DNA of 64,000 nt, from positions 3,596,001-3,660,000 of the forward strand of contig CM120647.1 in NCBI GenBank assembly GCA_051362555.1, read 5' to 3'. The translations under genes and the position numbers were made by a program. Below, piece by piece: positions 36,604 to 50,729 of this stretch. The number at the start of each line of letters is the position of its first letter. The stretch's first letter is position 1. The stretch comes from Lingula anatina (taxonomy: Eukaryota > Animalia > Brachiopoda). The notes under the pieces were generated by a model, which searched no databases, was not told the origin of the DNA, and saw only the letters and a program-made list of their open reading frames with translations.

Positions 36604-39419
36604 TCTTCCGAGCCTCCCACATACAACACTGAGCACCCCGTACGTGTTTTACCACAATATGGTAAAATGAAACCACACCTACCCTTTAGGATTGGAAGCG
36701 AAAAAAAAATTAATAAAAGCATTGATCATTATTTTTCATTCAAGTAAAAGAAACCGGAGTGGTAACAATTAGGGTTTTGTCGTCAGTGTTACCTTAAACA
36801 GCATTATCTAAACCAGGCAAGGTCAGAGTGTTTCCTGTGGAGAAAAGTAACGAGATAGATGAGAAAAATGAATACTATAATACTATGCAGCGGTATTGCA
36901 GCCACACGCCCGCGCGCACCGTTGATAAAAAACCATCTCAGTCTAAGTGACAATTTCTTTTTCATGATTATTTTCTATGAAAAGTGAAAAATCTACCCTT
37001 TAACTCTTCTTGTCAAAACGTTATATGTTCGCTGTTTTCTGATTTTGATGAGCGTAAGATTTTCATATTCTGTATACAGTGGATGTATATAAAAATACAG
37101 CATAAAATATTGACAATAGACCATTAATACGACAACTGAACTTCGCCCTTGAGTGATATATGATACCGATTTGTTTTCTGTCTTTGGTGAGCTTAAATGA
37201 AACATAAGCATGTACTATATACAGTAGATGTACGCAGAGATACACAAAAGAGATATAAAATATTGAGATATAAAATATATAAAATATTGTTAATAGACTT
37301 CTGATGCATTCAAATCTTCCAATTTAAAACGTGAACTAAACTTCGCCCTTGAGTGATGAAGTGCTTAGCGACAGTATCTACTGCTACCCTTTGGTATCAG
37401 GGTACAACTAAAATACTATACATAGTCACACCGTGGGGTAACATTTTTGTAACAGACTTCTAGAGGCAAGAGAGTAAACTTTTGGACGGCTTCCTTTCTG
37501 CGTCCCGTAAAAGGCCAGTTGCGAGTAAAAAAATAATACTTCACGTGCCTACAACTGGCCGATTATTGAGCATACATTCTACAACCAAAGCGATGCTTAT
37601 GCCTCTTTTCTACGACCACAGCCATGCCTGTTTTCATGGTGGGACAAAAGACGCAGCAAGGACGCCGTCCAGTGTAAAGGGAGGTTTAAAACACCACAGA
37701 AGAATATTTTATTGAGAGCAGAAGCGATGGTCGGATTGTAATGGCATGGGGTTATGTATGCAGGTTGCCACGCCTCACATACCATGTCAACGGCTAGTCT
37801 GATTTCCTGATTGTAGTGTAGTCGTTGTTAAATATATATTAAACGCCGCGGTGTACATGGGAGTTTTCCACGAGCAAAGGAGTATTTTCCCTCACCTCCT
37901 CTTCTCTTTTTCCCTTCTCTACATATAAACCTATCCGTGCTTGTAACGAAGTCTGTAAAATTACCAATCTCTTGTCACATATGAAATTGCCAAGAAGACA
38001 AGGACACTATGCATAAGACACATGTACGATTATTGTTTTAAAATAATGTTTATTGAAAAAATCTAGCCAGAAGGCTCAAATAAAGATTTCACCATTTCTT
38101 ATAGAGAACCACAGCATTTTGTGTAAAAGAGAAGTTAAAGGTTTGAATTTCTTTTAAAACTAAGTAACGTGGGTTTGATGAACGCTATATAGCACATAAA
38201 ACTGACTTTTCATTACAAAGGTTTTCTTTTTTTCTTCCGTTCTTCCATTTTCGGATTGAAAATTCTGAAGTCACATTTTCACGCAGACGACAGGTTGCTT
38301 GTTTGGAAATTTCCATTTCCGCGCGTGACATACTCAATTACTTTCAAGCTATTTTATTCGTAAGGGCGCTATTATGAGGCATGAGAGTTGTCGCCGTGTT
38401 ATTATTAGGTTCACAAATTAAAAGAAATACAGAGAAAAAATTGCGTGGAAAATGGGTTTCGGGAAAGGAGATGATGCTATTAACTGTGGATGGCACGGTG
38501 ACATATGAGAGAGGATGACAAGTCAATGCACTTTTACCAGACGATATTTTAATTTGATTGCACTACAATTTGGTAAAACTCGCTAAAACGGCGTGATCTT
38601 AGGCGAGGCAAATGATCTTGGAAAAAATCGTTTTTTAGTATCAGTTTTAAAATATAGCATATTTGTGCTACCAGTAGTAATAAGACCCGAACGAATGGCA
38701 AAGGACATTGCGGTTAATGTTTCCTGGTAACGAGGACATGACTTGAGTAAGGTCAGTCCATTCGGTCAAATAGCAGGGACCGATATTCACATGAATAACA
38801 CATAGACATACGTAGCCTGTAACTTCAGTTTGTTTACTTGCACTGAAATAATGTTTTTTTCTTTTGCCAGGACAAAATAATGACGAGACCTTCGAACATT
38901 ACTTGACACTTTTTAAATTAAAATATTTAAAAAAAGTTCATGGCGCTGACCATATCAAAATTTCAATCAAATAACAGCGATATTTTGTTCGAACATAAAT
39001 TCCCTGTTTAACAAGAACAAAGCACACCGTCTCTATTGTGAGTTGAAGAACAGCATAATTACCGATCCTTGGGGACTGCGTGCTTTTCAGTTGCCTCCCT
39101 GGAGACGCCGCCGTGATGAACGACGCCATAATTGTCTGAAATCTGAATCCTCGGTCGTGACATATTCAGTCTCACAAAGTGGCTATTTTAGAGTTTGAAG
39201 GCATAATGCAAGGTTTGCGAATATTTTCCAAATTGAACAATTTTTAAAGACCAGGAGGCAAAGATTTGTGCTGAAATAGAGGGTACCGTGATTTATTGGC
39301 AGTAAACTCTGTGTTTTGTCATGTTAAAACAGCGGACCTGTATTGTTTTTAGTTGACAAGAACTTACAAGAACTTACTTTTGTATGACAAATTCTCACGC
39401 TTAACGTTTTAATATGGGA

Positions 39420-39785
39420 CGGATTTCTTGTAGTCAGAGTGTCCGTTTTGGAGCGGGAGGACGTGGGTTCGACCCGTCCGTGACAATACCAGTTTTTCAG
39501 AAGTTGTACCTATTGTCCCCCTGCTCGACCCCCAGTATTTTGGGGTTGAAGCAGGAGTAAACTGTTTAGTCTTGCAGCGAAAGATTTTATTTCTATGCTA
39601 GTTTTCATTTCCTCATACTGTTGTATCCTCCCCTAGGAAGTGAAAACGTCTACAGCCAGTCTGAATCGGGACAAAAAGATATGCCATATCTGTCATTGCA
39701 AGGCATATTTGTCATTGTAAACCGCACTGAGAGGCAGTAGAGTACTGGATAAGAACTCTATAAGAACCAGGCTTGACTTGTATTA
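39420..39785 (+). mobile_element. tRNA-derived SINE, MetaSINE-like core, L2-like tail
   Basis: B-box-like GGGTTCGACCC (about 39464). Core ATACCAG...GTACCTATTGTCCCCCTGCTCGACCCCCAGTATT..GGGGTTG resembles the Meta domain (recall). Tail TGTAAACCGCACTGAG...CTCTATAAG. Confidence 0.65.
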
Positions 39786-40825
39786 TCTGATGGTATCTTT
39801 TCAATAACAGAGATATGTCAGTTTGTCTTCTGTGTACATCCTTATTGCATTCTAACTGAAAATATATTGGGATTTATCTGTTTATCTAATATCATATTAA
39901 ATAAACCGTGGCATTGGCTTCTAATTTAACTGTCGTCCTCGTAATATATATGTTATGGTACATGTCATTATCGTTATTAAAAATGTACGTTGAACATGTC
40001 CCGGTTTAAACTAGTTACATATTTTTTACAATACGTCATATTCAATGGGCGCAAATATTCAGCAATGGCATGAATTAATGACACTGCATATAGACCTGCC
40101 GCGCCGCAACGGCCAAAGAAATGCTACAGCGGCAACCGTGCGTAGTTAACGAGAATAAGACAGTCATCATCGTTGGCATATATAGGGTCGAGGTTACCCT
40201 GCTGCGGTTATAGATATATTAACAAGCAAATGATAGACGGAGTACGTCTTGCAACCCGATAGATGCTGTGATATTAGCCAATACAAAACCAGAGCTGTTA
40301 TAAGCTTGTGGTGGGATATAGGGATTTACTGTGAACGACAATGCACAGCCTTCATAGGTCTGGGAACATTATCGTCCTAGACCAGCAACGTGTTGCTCTC
40401 CAAGAGAGGTTGTTCCAACTATTTAACTTAATTTGGTTTCACTTTATGCTAGAACGGCAGATGAAACTGGAGGTTGATGAAGTTTATTGTTGAATATAGG
40501 GAATTGCGAAAAGAGCTGTATTTGCTTTATCGGACATAATTTTACAGCCGCCTGAGATGAGCTTAACATTGGAAACACCTGATTCCTGAAATCTGTATTC
40601 ATCCTCGGAATAAGACAACTGCCGCTGCCAGAAGAGGGATTACCACATGCGCCAGAACCTTACTTATAATTGTCTCACTTGCGGTCTAGCGCTTGTGCTC
40701 AGACTACTGTGAGTTCACTTCTGTGAGATCGTTACCGAAGTCAGTTGGAAAATTCGATCTCTTTTCTTTTGGCTAAGATCTAGGAACGCTGTGACACCGA
40801 CATTGGCGTTTTTCTACATTTGCAG

Positions 40826-40846
40826 ATGTTGATGCTCTTGTAACAG
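40826..40846 (+). other. Candidate 21-nt microexon, or the 3' end of a 5'-UTR exon
   Basis: TTTTTCTACATTTGCAG | ATGTTGATGCTCTTGTAACAG | GTAAGT: a consensus donor with a plausible acceptor 21 nt upstream. Confidence 0.4.
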
Positions 40847-41090
40847 GTAAGTCACTAGCAACATTTAGCTATTCATCTCACGTCTGTTTTCTCTAATATT
40901 ACTTTCCTCTTTTGTGGTCGGCGGTGGCCGAAACTGACAAAAATTGTCTTTGAATTGTGGGTTTCTAAGAATCCTTGTGGACAATTGCCTTTAACGTATG
41001 CGGTATCTCAGTTGTTTCTAGGTTTATAAGAGAGCATTCAGAGCAAGACTGCAGAGAGGGAACAGAGTTAACATCGTGTGTCTGTGTCTC

Positions 41091-41135
<45 letters not shown>

Positions 41136-42019
41136 AGATTATAATGATAGCGGCCTCTATATTTTGCATGTTTGTAGTTACACAATTGGTTCTCCATTAT
41201 GAAGTGTAGAGAAACAATGGTATGGTTTTTTTTAACTAAGTGAGTGACATACTGAGAGACTCAACAAAAGGACAAAAGACAGCAAAATGTCGATCCTTAA
41301 GCTCCGAGGTGTTTAGCTTTCATATTGAACTGTACTATAAAATTGTGCTCGCTTTTTAGCTATATGAAATTCTGCAATCTGGGTAGCTAGGGGTGTGGGG
41401 GTGGGGTGAGGGTGGTGGGGTGAGGGGGTGGGGGTGGTTGGTGGACCGCCCCACCTCTTCCTCAAAGCCAAAAGAAATGTGAACTTTATACCTGTGCCCA
41501 TCCAAATCAACAGTTTGAGTTCCACAGAAAACTGCTAATTGCCCGAAATTAATTTAATTCCATTTAGGATACAGGACTGCAAACTGTGTCTGCATATTTA
41601 CCTATTTTTGCGTAAGATCTGAATTCCTCAACTGTGACACTGGCTAGCGACTCATTGTTTTGTCTTACGCCTATCCTTCTTTCACCAAGAAACCATGTAA
41701 CCCCGACAGCCATAAGGAGTCGGAAATTATCGCCTAAAAGCGTTCTTGCAAATTGCGACACTTCTGATGGATTAACACTCAACACTTGTACATGATGCGG
41801 AAACAGAGTCATTTTCAATACAGCACTTGCTTATTCTTCTTGCGTGTATTATACGCTGTATTGTGCATGGTGTAAGGATATCGCATGAAATAATTGTAAT
41901 TTGCCTCAGCTTTTGATGGATTGCAATAAAGTGAACCGTAGGGCAGAAGAACGGTAATTTACTAAATAGCGTCTGCTTGTAACGCTTGAAGTAAGCATAC
42001 GCGTGTTAACTGCGTACAG

Positions 42020-42059
<40 letters not shown>

Positions 42060-42558
42060 TTAAAAATAATAAATATTCTCAGTATTGTAGCATCAGATTC
42101 TTGTAATTTGAAGCAACTTTTGATAGGTAAGCGACATTACGTAATATACTCCTTGGAGTCAACGGAAGAAGCATTCGCCAGTGTCGACTTCTGTAACATG
42201 TTTAAACCAATCATCTCATTTGCTTTGCAAATTGCAGCGTTTTCCTTGCCGCATCAAAGTTGTGCAGAATATGAATAATTTTGTAAACCAGAGGAACCTC
42301 TTCCTAATTGTCCTTATTATTGTGCATTGCCTGGGGTCGTGAATGATAACATAAAGCAATTGGAGAACGGCGCCCTGGCAGTCCCAAGTCGTGCTGAATA
42401 TAGCTGACCTGTGCCGTGAACGAGACTGAAAGGCCAGCTGGGACTGAAGGGGACTTCTGGGACGAAGAAGGGTCGTTAGGAAATAAAGACCTACGTCTGG
42501 AGACATCGAATGACATTATGTGGGCGGACAATCTGAATTGATTATTTAGCTTGTTACA

Positions 42559-42742
42559 GAGCGTATTCAGAACAGCGGACTAACAGATCGGCGGATCAAA
42601 TATGGCGACCCACTAAAAAGCTTGCCTCTTAATTCCCGATTAGACACTGAATAGATTCCCAGCGGGGATTATGCAACAAGCATTCAAATAAGTAGCCATA
42701 TTTAATCTGCGGATCTGTTAGTTTGCTGTTCTTCATGCGCTC
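42559..42742. mobile_element. Old MITE with imperfect TIRs, related to the host element at about 31195-31600
   Basis: GAGCGTATTCAGAACAGCGGACTAACAGATC / GATCTGTTAGTTTGCTGTTCTTCATGCGCTC; shares ACTAAC.GATC.GC.GA..AAATATGGC.GACCC with 31199. Confidence 0.65.
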
Positions 42743-44319
42743 ATGAATATGTGCAAGTGGTTCCCTGAAAGAATATATATATGACTTCGAAGACAATGTG
42801 TTTTTCATGGATCAGGTGTTTCAGTTATATAAAAGAGCCTTGAAGTTGTATGACATATTCTATGCAAGTACTTGATGCGTTCTTTCCGTGCACATTTCCC
42901 AGACATTTTCCCAATATGGAATGCGCATCGTGGTGTCTGCTCTTGTCTCAATTTGGGACTTCTCAAGGCGCTCATTATTGCGTCTCAGAATGTCTGAATC
43001 GCTAAGCATAAGAGTCGATACGCACCGAGCATTCATATTCATTTTGTGTATGATACTGGTATGAAAGAATGGGTACGGGTTTTGCCTTTAACGTATTGTG
43101 AAGAAACCATTTATCGACATACATGTACAATACGCCGTATTGAAAACATTTAAACTTCATTCTGATGAGGTGAAACGCGTTTTACACTTCACCTTTTTCG
43201 AAAACGATTGGAAATTGAGATCACGCTAAAAGGTTGTTAAGGGCTGAGACACGTGGTAATAGGTAATGTGTTTCGATCGGGACGATGATGACACGGAAAG
43301 CGTGTTCGGATAACAACGGTCCGGATGACTGCCAAAGGTGAAGGTCATGTTGCCATTGTGCGCTATAGAAGAAATGTAGAAAACTAAGCCCATTCTGTGG
43401 AAAAAAATCCCTGTCAACAATTCTGCGCTGCCACGTATATTCGACGTACATCTTCGAAATAGAGACGCAGCCTTTGACTTGATATGCGATTCATCTACGA
43501 CAGCTATAAAATTATGTGATGCTCGGCAATTCAATAAGTCAAGAACACGACAGCCATCACAGAGCTTGATTTAATTAAGGTTCTGTAAATGTCATATCTG
43601 ATGGAAAGTTACTGTCATTAGGCAAGCATAGAGCATGGAAAAGACGTTTTAGTGTGTTTTTTTTTTTCATAATTTGCGGGTAAAATCGATCTGGAAAAAA
43701 CGGTTCATGTTTTCTACTTCCACTTATCCGATATATGGTTTTTAGAAACCTTTTTTTTTATATTGAGAAACTAAAATGATGTGAATAATTGTTTATTTCC
43801 TGGGTTATATTTCTGTCACTCACACACATGCACGCGCGCACACACATTTGTACACTCAGACGGATGATCACATACGCAACACAGTATGAAAGGCAGAATT
43901 TAATGAGAACATTGGTACGTTCTGAACAATTTAATGTACGTTCAAATAATTCTCGCATTGATTCCACCTTTGAGCGATTCCACGACTTGAAAACAAATGT
44001 CAGTACACACACCACAGGTTTCTAAGCTGTCTTCAGCTGATGATACGAATGATACGAAGAAACCAAGCGTCGCTTTGGTTTTTATGCCTATTTTTCTGTG
44101 ATCAATCTACACAGTGTATCATTTAGTTGATTTTAAACGGAAAGCCAATTAATCCTTTTCCACGAACAGGTTACATTTCCTACTTGACCAGATTACCTGA
44201 AGCGTTCTTTATGGAAGATGTCATCATCTGGAACTCTTCTTGAGAGATCTCTGATATCTTGTCACAAACAGATAAAGGTGATTGTCTGGTTTATTGATAG
44301 CTTAAGCATTCATGTTGTC

Positions 44320-45150
44320 GACTAGCACCAATGCAAGAATACATAGACATGTCTGGTTTATTGTAGACTAGCACCAATGCAAGACTAGCACCAATGGAAG
44401 AATACATAGACATGTCTGGTTTATTGTAGACTAGCACCAGTGCAAGAATACATAGACATGTCTGGTTTATTGTAGACTAGCACCAGTGCAAGAATACATA
44501 GACATGTCTGGTTTATTGTAGACTAGCACCAGTGCAAGAATACATAGACATGTCTGGTTTATTGTAGACTAGCACCAGTGCAAGAATACATAGACATGTC
44601 TGGTTTATTGTAGACTAGCACCAGTGCAAGAATACATAGACATGTCTGGTTTATTGTAGACTAGCACCAGTGCAAGAATACATAGACATGTCTGGTTTAT
44701 TGTAGACTAGCACCAGTGCAAGAATACATAGACATGTCTGGTTTATTGTAGACTAGCACCAGTGCAAGAATACATAGACATGTCTGGTTTATTGTAGACT
44801 AGCACCAGTGCAAGAATACATAGACATGTCTGGTTTATTGTAGACTAGCACCAGTGCAAGAATACATAGACATGTCTGGTTTATTGTAGACTAGCACCAG
44901 TGCAAGAATACATAGACATGTCTGGTTTATTGTAGACTAGCACCAGTGCAAGAATACATAGACATGTCTGGTTTATTGTAGACTAGCACCAATGCAAGAA
45001 TACATAGACATGTCTGGTTTATTGTAGACTAGCACCAATGGAAGAATACATAGACATGTCTGGTTTATTGTAGACTAGCACCAATGCAAGAATACATAGA
45101 CATGTCTGGTTTATTGTAGACTAGCACCAATGCAAGAATACATAGACATG
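44320..45150. repeat. Minisatellite, about 18 x 46 bp
   Basis: Unit GACTAGCACCAGTGCAAGAATACATAGACATGTCTGGTTTATTGTA, with an exact 46-bp period from 44429 to 45119. Confidence 0.97.
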
Positions 45151-45212
45151 CATCGCATGCTTTACCAGAGCCTATATCTGTGCAAGTATTAAATATTATT
45201 TGTGATATTTAA

Positions 45213-45362
45213 GGGCGTATTCCCAGAGCTTTTAGATAGATCTATCCCCGCGGGGAGTCTCACTATGGATTACTGTCAGATAATCCGGCTTAAATGTCCG
45301 TCCCGCCTACTACAAGCTGTAAGGGGGTAATTAACTTTCGTGCCCGCTCGGCTGACAGCCAT
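45213..45362. mobile_element. PIF/Harbinger-type MITE, family A copy 3 (truncated)
   Basis: Colinear with 25855-25932 plus 26444-26515, but without the nested insert. Confidence 0.8.
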
Positions 45363-48001
45363 TAACTGAATGCTCTATCAGTTAATGGATTTCATTCCGA
45401 TGATTTATCTCGATTATTGAAATTGCTATTACCTTAATGTTTTGACGTTAACGAAGGGTAATCTGACAAAGAGAAATATAAAAAAGTGTACATAATCTGA
45501 AATAACACCAATTTAGGCAGCTGGGTTTCAGGGGTTTCTGCTCTGATTTGATGCCAGTGCTGGTCTTGTCAAACAGATTTGTACATGTATGCTTTGGATT
45601 GAAAATGTGGTCTATGCAGGTCCAATATTGACTAGTTCAGTTTCTATTATTTAGAAAATGTCTATAATTTAGAAAATGGACCGTGGGAGTGTTATTCTGA
45701 TAAAGATTTTTGTCTTGCACTTACCCAAGTTCCTCAAAAGGACAGGAAAATCAATTAGTAACTAAAAGCCGGGTAAAGGCCTGGTATAAAAGGGATTAGT
45801 CGGTACTGAAGCAGATTAATTGTGGTAGTTTCCGCCGGCCACAGTCGTACAATTAATTACAGTTGTTCCCTAGGTTGACAAATGTGTTAAAAGCTGTTGA
45901 ATACGCAGGTAATTTTGATGATTTGTCCTTAATGAAGGGTATTTGTGGTCAATATGAACGTTCGGCGTATTGGATTTATTTTGACAGAAAAGAAAAGAGG
46001 ATAAAACAAGTGGGAGGTATATGAAACATTGGAACAGATTATAGAAAACAGGGTATATCGAAGAAGAAATCATGGACTGTGTGGACTCATACATAAATAT
46101 TATGTTCAAAATTTTTACTATTTTGTACAATTGTTTCACTGAGGGATCAGACAGATTTAACGAAAAACGTAACAAAATTTTGTTACATTAAAAAAATTCC
46201 GTATCAGGTAGAAGCATCCCAGTAGACTTCAATGTCCAGACAGCGGCATCTTTCGAGGTTCACGAGATCGACCAGGTGAAAACATGTTCCTAGAAGTTTT
46301 AGTAAAATATAAACTATTTTGGCAATATATGCGATCACGGGGAAGAGACTGACGGCGCATACGGCCCACGTCACCAGACCTGTGTGACAATACCATGACA
46401 CCGCCAGTGAATGAAATGTTTATGTGCACTTTTTCTTTCTTTATTAGTACATGCTTAATAATCTTCTTTTTCCCGTATACCTATCATTTACTGCATAACA
46501 GTGTAAATTTGTGTTAGCTCTTGTATCAAATGTGCTTTTTACAAACAGATATCATAATCATCATCAACATCACCATCATCATCGAACAGATATCATCATC
46601 ATCATTATCATAACATAATTATTATCATTGCTGCTGTTGTTGTTGTTGTTGTTAATGATGATGTTTTTTTTTTGTTGCTGTAATTATATCAATAGTATAT
46701 TGGCAGTAGACGGATATGTGCATGGTGCTATACTTCAACCATAACTGTACAAGATCAGTTCTTTTAACACTCAAGGTAATGAATATTACAACCCTATGGC
46801 ACAGCTGCCAGACGTTATCTTTGCTATTTTTTGTGAAAATTGTCTCAGGAATATGACACGGCAGATGTTTGAAAGTAAAAGAACAAACAGAATATCTTTT
46901 CAATGTCTGTTATTCCTAAACAGATGTAAATGTGTGGAAATTCACGCAATTCACATACGCCTCGCGACAGAAAGGTTGGGAAATTCACTTTCTGCGCTAT
47001 CGGAGCATACAAAATACCTATGCAAATGCATATTACTTGTAACAGAAGAAATGTCACTGGTTTTCAGTCAGTACAAAAAGTGCTTCCAACCGATAACAAT
47101 TTAGTACAGTATCGGTAGAGCGGTTTCGTCTTCAACGCGAGTCTACAATGAAGATCCCTCATGGTTGATGTGATTACAAGAACGCAGCTTGGCACTCTTA
47201 ACTCGAATTTCGTCTAAGCGTAATGTCAGGAAAGAAGGCAAGCAACTGTATAGGGTTGCATGCATACAAAGTATCATGGCTTCCGCAAAAAAGAAATAAA
47301 TGTCACGAAATATAAGTCTTCAAGGCAATAATTTGCTCTGAGAACCAGTCGGCGGTTGACCAGCAGTAGTTTTTTTTGTTTCCATTGTTTGTCTGTTGTT
47401 TTCAAAGTGTCCGTTATCAAACAATGACCACATACTTAAATGGATAATAAGTGTTCGTTTTGGCCAAAAAATGAATTTTCCTGGAGTAAACAACAATTTC
47501 CTTTACTTACCAATGGATAATGAATCTATTTCTATCAAATGTAATTTCATTCAAAGATAGTCCCTGTTTTTTTTCTAAAAAATGTATTTTTTTGTTATAG
47601 TCTCTTAAGAGATTATTACAGAGTATACCCATCTTTGTAGGTCACGTGGTCCGATGACAAGCTCAGATATCAGAATAATAGCTATAACTACCGGTTTTTG
47701 TGGTAAAACAGAATATATTTAATTTATATGAGTTGTTTACAATGTTTTTATTGTAAAATATAGATCTCATACGAAGAGTTATTATCCCTTTAAGTACACG
47801 TCTCAAAGCTGACTGTCCATTCTGGATCACAATAGAGTGAGTTTTAAATTAATTTGCATGGTATGAGCAGCTCTTAAACACAGTTTAAATTACCTTTAAT
47901 TGCAAAAAGGTTGGGTCTAGAAAACGATACGATAAACAAACACAATGCTCCAGAAAAATGACAAAAGGAGGCAAAGTTGATATCCGTGTGAACAAATTCA
48001 G

Positions 48002-48149
48002 GGCCCCGTATCTCGAAAGCATCGCGTATTGCGAATCGCTATATCAAATAGAGGCTACAATGTATTATATGGGACGAGTATGGGCGAGTAATGGAATCGA
48101 GACGCTTGCGCACGTGCGCAACATAGCGAACCTTTCGAGATACGGAGCC
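48002..48149. mobile_element. PIF/Harbinger-type MITE with CAG TSD
   Basis: TIR GG(C/T)CCGTATCTCGAAAG-type at both ends; CAG at 47999-48001 and 48150-48152. Confidence 0.8.
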
Positions 48150-50356
48150 CAGGTCATTTTTTGTTCGTTTTGTATTTTATTAAAAACAACACGTTATGAG
48201 TATATGCAGAACGAGGATGTACATGTCCCTACTTTTCTCTATGAATACCTTTTACGTTTCTCCCAAAAGAGAAAATAAATAATCAACATTACACAAAGTC
48301 ATACAATAGATTTCTACGAAATCAACAGCTAGGATATAAAGAGAATTAGAGATTAGAGAAAATGTATGTAAAAATAAATTTCTGAAGAATGGACCATATC
48401 CCTTAAGCGCCAATCTCAACTGTCAAAAATAATATTTTTGGAAAATCTAGTTCTGTAGTAAGAAGCTGTGCATATCTCAAAGAAAAATCTAAAATGTCGC
48501 GGTAGTAGGTAGAAATCACTCTCTAAAGCTCACACAAAAATAATGATGATTATCTTTGCCTTTTGAAGATTTCCAAGGTATGATAAATTCCCGACAAAAG
48601 ACTGATATCAGCCTCCTCGTTTTTCCAAGAACGACGCCACAGAGGATTACCGGTCCTCTTGACGCTGCCTTAATAGTCTTTAGACTCTACCATTACCTGA
48701 GTTACCATGGCAACTTTAATTAAGCGCCCGTTTGCCAATTCCTTGTTTACAGAGAACCCGGTTTGCTGGCCTAATCTTTTAAGCATGCCGGAAGTCTTGA
48801 AGGATGGAGTGGTCACTTCCGGTCAGGGAGGTCAACATGTCAGTACTCACACTGGGTCAGTGGGTCATAGATAACACAGATAACACCATACTTTGCGTGA
48901 TAAACACAACACCTGTTGTCTTTCTGCTTAGTTTTCCTGCTTAGTTGAGCACATGATATTGTTATATATATATATATATATATATATAACAATATCAAAT
49001 AAGAAATACATGCAATGACCGAGTATATAGATATATATACAGCTGTTGAGTTTGCATCAGGGGGTGGAGAAGACCTGGTCACGCCAGATCTGGTAACTGT
49101 GACTGTAGATTCTGGTCGCCGTATATGCTTTAACCTGTGTTCCGTGCTCCCCAGGGAGGTAGGTAAGATTCAGGACAGGTGTGTGTTATAAGGTCGATTG
49201 AACTTGTTGTCAGGTAATAAAGGTAAATCAGCACCGTGGCATTTCTGATGGTCTGGAATCACCTCCAAGTCAGCATGCCCAGCTGCCGTCTTGGACCGTG
49301 TGCGGCCTGTAGGCCTACTGGAATGTCGGAAGCTTTTTAAAAAGTATTATCGACCATTATTTTCACTTTTGTAGAAAGGATAATTAAAATACGAAGTGTT
49401 TCATGCCAAGCATATGCGACATCACTGCTTGATAATTGCATTTGCTTTGATTGCAAATCGTTGATACAATAATTTTTATCACGAAACATTTCGTTTTCAT
49501 GTAAAAAGAGCTCTATAGTTAATACTTTCTTTGACATCAAACACAGGTTAGTATTTAAAGTCATCATTTTGATACGGATTAGGTAAAACCCATATCCTCA
49601 CATCTTCACGTTTTCCTTTCAAAATAAATATATAAATAAATAAATAAATAAATAAATGAATAAAAAAACAGGAGAACAAATAAGTGTTATTTATTCGGAC
49701 ACATATCATTCGACAGGCGTAGGCAGGTAATACATGTAGAGTCAACATTTGATAAAACACTCTGCCATCGGCGGGATCTATTGGGAGGTCAATAGTTTCC
49801 GGTGGATGTACCGCAGTAAAATGTGTTTGGCAGAGATTGATACACCGTCTTGCAATCGTTCCCAAGGTTAATGGCCACTTGGGTCCCGTGTGGGCAGAAC
49901 CTGGGCTAAATGTGGTTCTGCGGACGTTAACATCGGTGCCTGATGTGCTCCAGTTATTTGATGTACCTTGTAGCAACTGTGTGTTGATTCCATGACCAAT
50001 ACATGATGGGACTGGATAATTAAGTAGCCATCGTCTTAAAAGACCTTTATGTAGGCTCCATCTTGGCGTTGTGTCGGGGCAGTAAAAGTTTGCCATCATA
50101 TACATGGTTGTGATGGTTCCGAACATCAGCACTTCCACACCGTTTCATTTCCCTTATGGTTGATCAGCGATTTCATGTTTGTCCAGACCGTTTCTCAAAA
50201 GTGTCCCAATAGGGTTATAGCTACTGAGCCATCTACTGTAACATGATTATTTCGTTTTGCATTTTGTATTGTTTTGCATTAATTAAGGCGGTCTGAGATG
50301 TTCCCAAATGCATTGACACGAACGCCTTCCGTTCAACGGACGCCGCACCAGGGGAA

Positions 50357-50416
50357 TATAATATAATATAATATAATATAATATAATATAATATAATATA
50401 ATATAATATAATATAA
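50357..50416. repeat. (TATAA)n microsatellite
   Basis: Direct reading of the sequence. Confidence 0.9.
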
Positions 50417-50729
50417 TTTTGGTGTTTCCATGAATGCATTAAAGCTATGTACATGTATTATTTATTAAGTATTCATTTTTATGTGCATCTGTGTATGCAA
50501 AAGTTAAACTCATTACTAAGAAAGGTGTTTAGGGAATACCATCACGTCTTTAGCGATCAAATCTGACAAGTGCAACCAAGTGCATGCAAATCATATGATG
50601 GACAAAGATTGATGCTGCTTTGAAATAACCTATGTAGGGATCACTGAGCCTTGGGCGGTAAGATGTGCGCGGGAACTGCCCAGAACTGTCAATTAGAGCA
50701 GCTCCACAGGTACGTAGACCGCCCTCTTT

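Noticed and set aside
43155-44080. Hammerhead ribozyme candidates at CTGATGA (about 43163, 44037; also minus strand at about 57065 and 62730)
   Set aside because: Stem II is not closed directly onto GAAA, and no consistent stems I/III could be formed.
44320-45150. CRISPR-like array
   Set aside because: Units are head-to-tail with no unique spacers, there are no cas genes and the context is eukaryotic; it is a minisatellite.
49548-50138. 196-aa minus-strand ORF
   Set aside because: No recognisable domain, non-ATG start, and it runs into an AT-rich simple repeat. A neighbouring frame faintly resembles a decayed integrase but is too weak to call.
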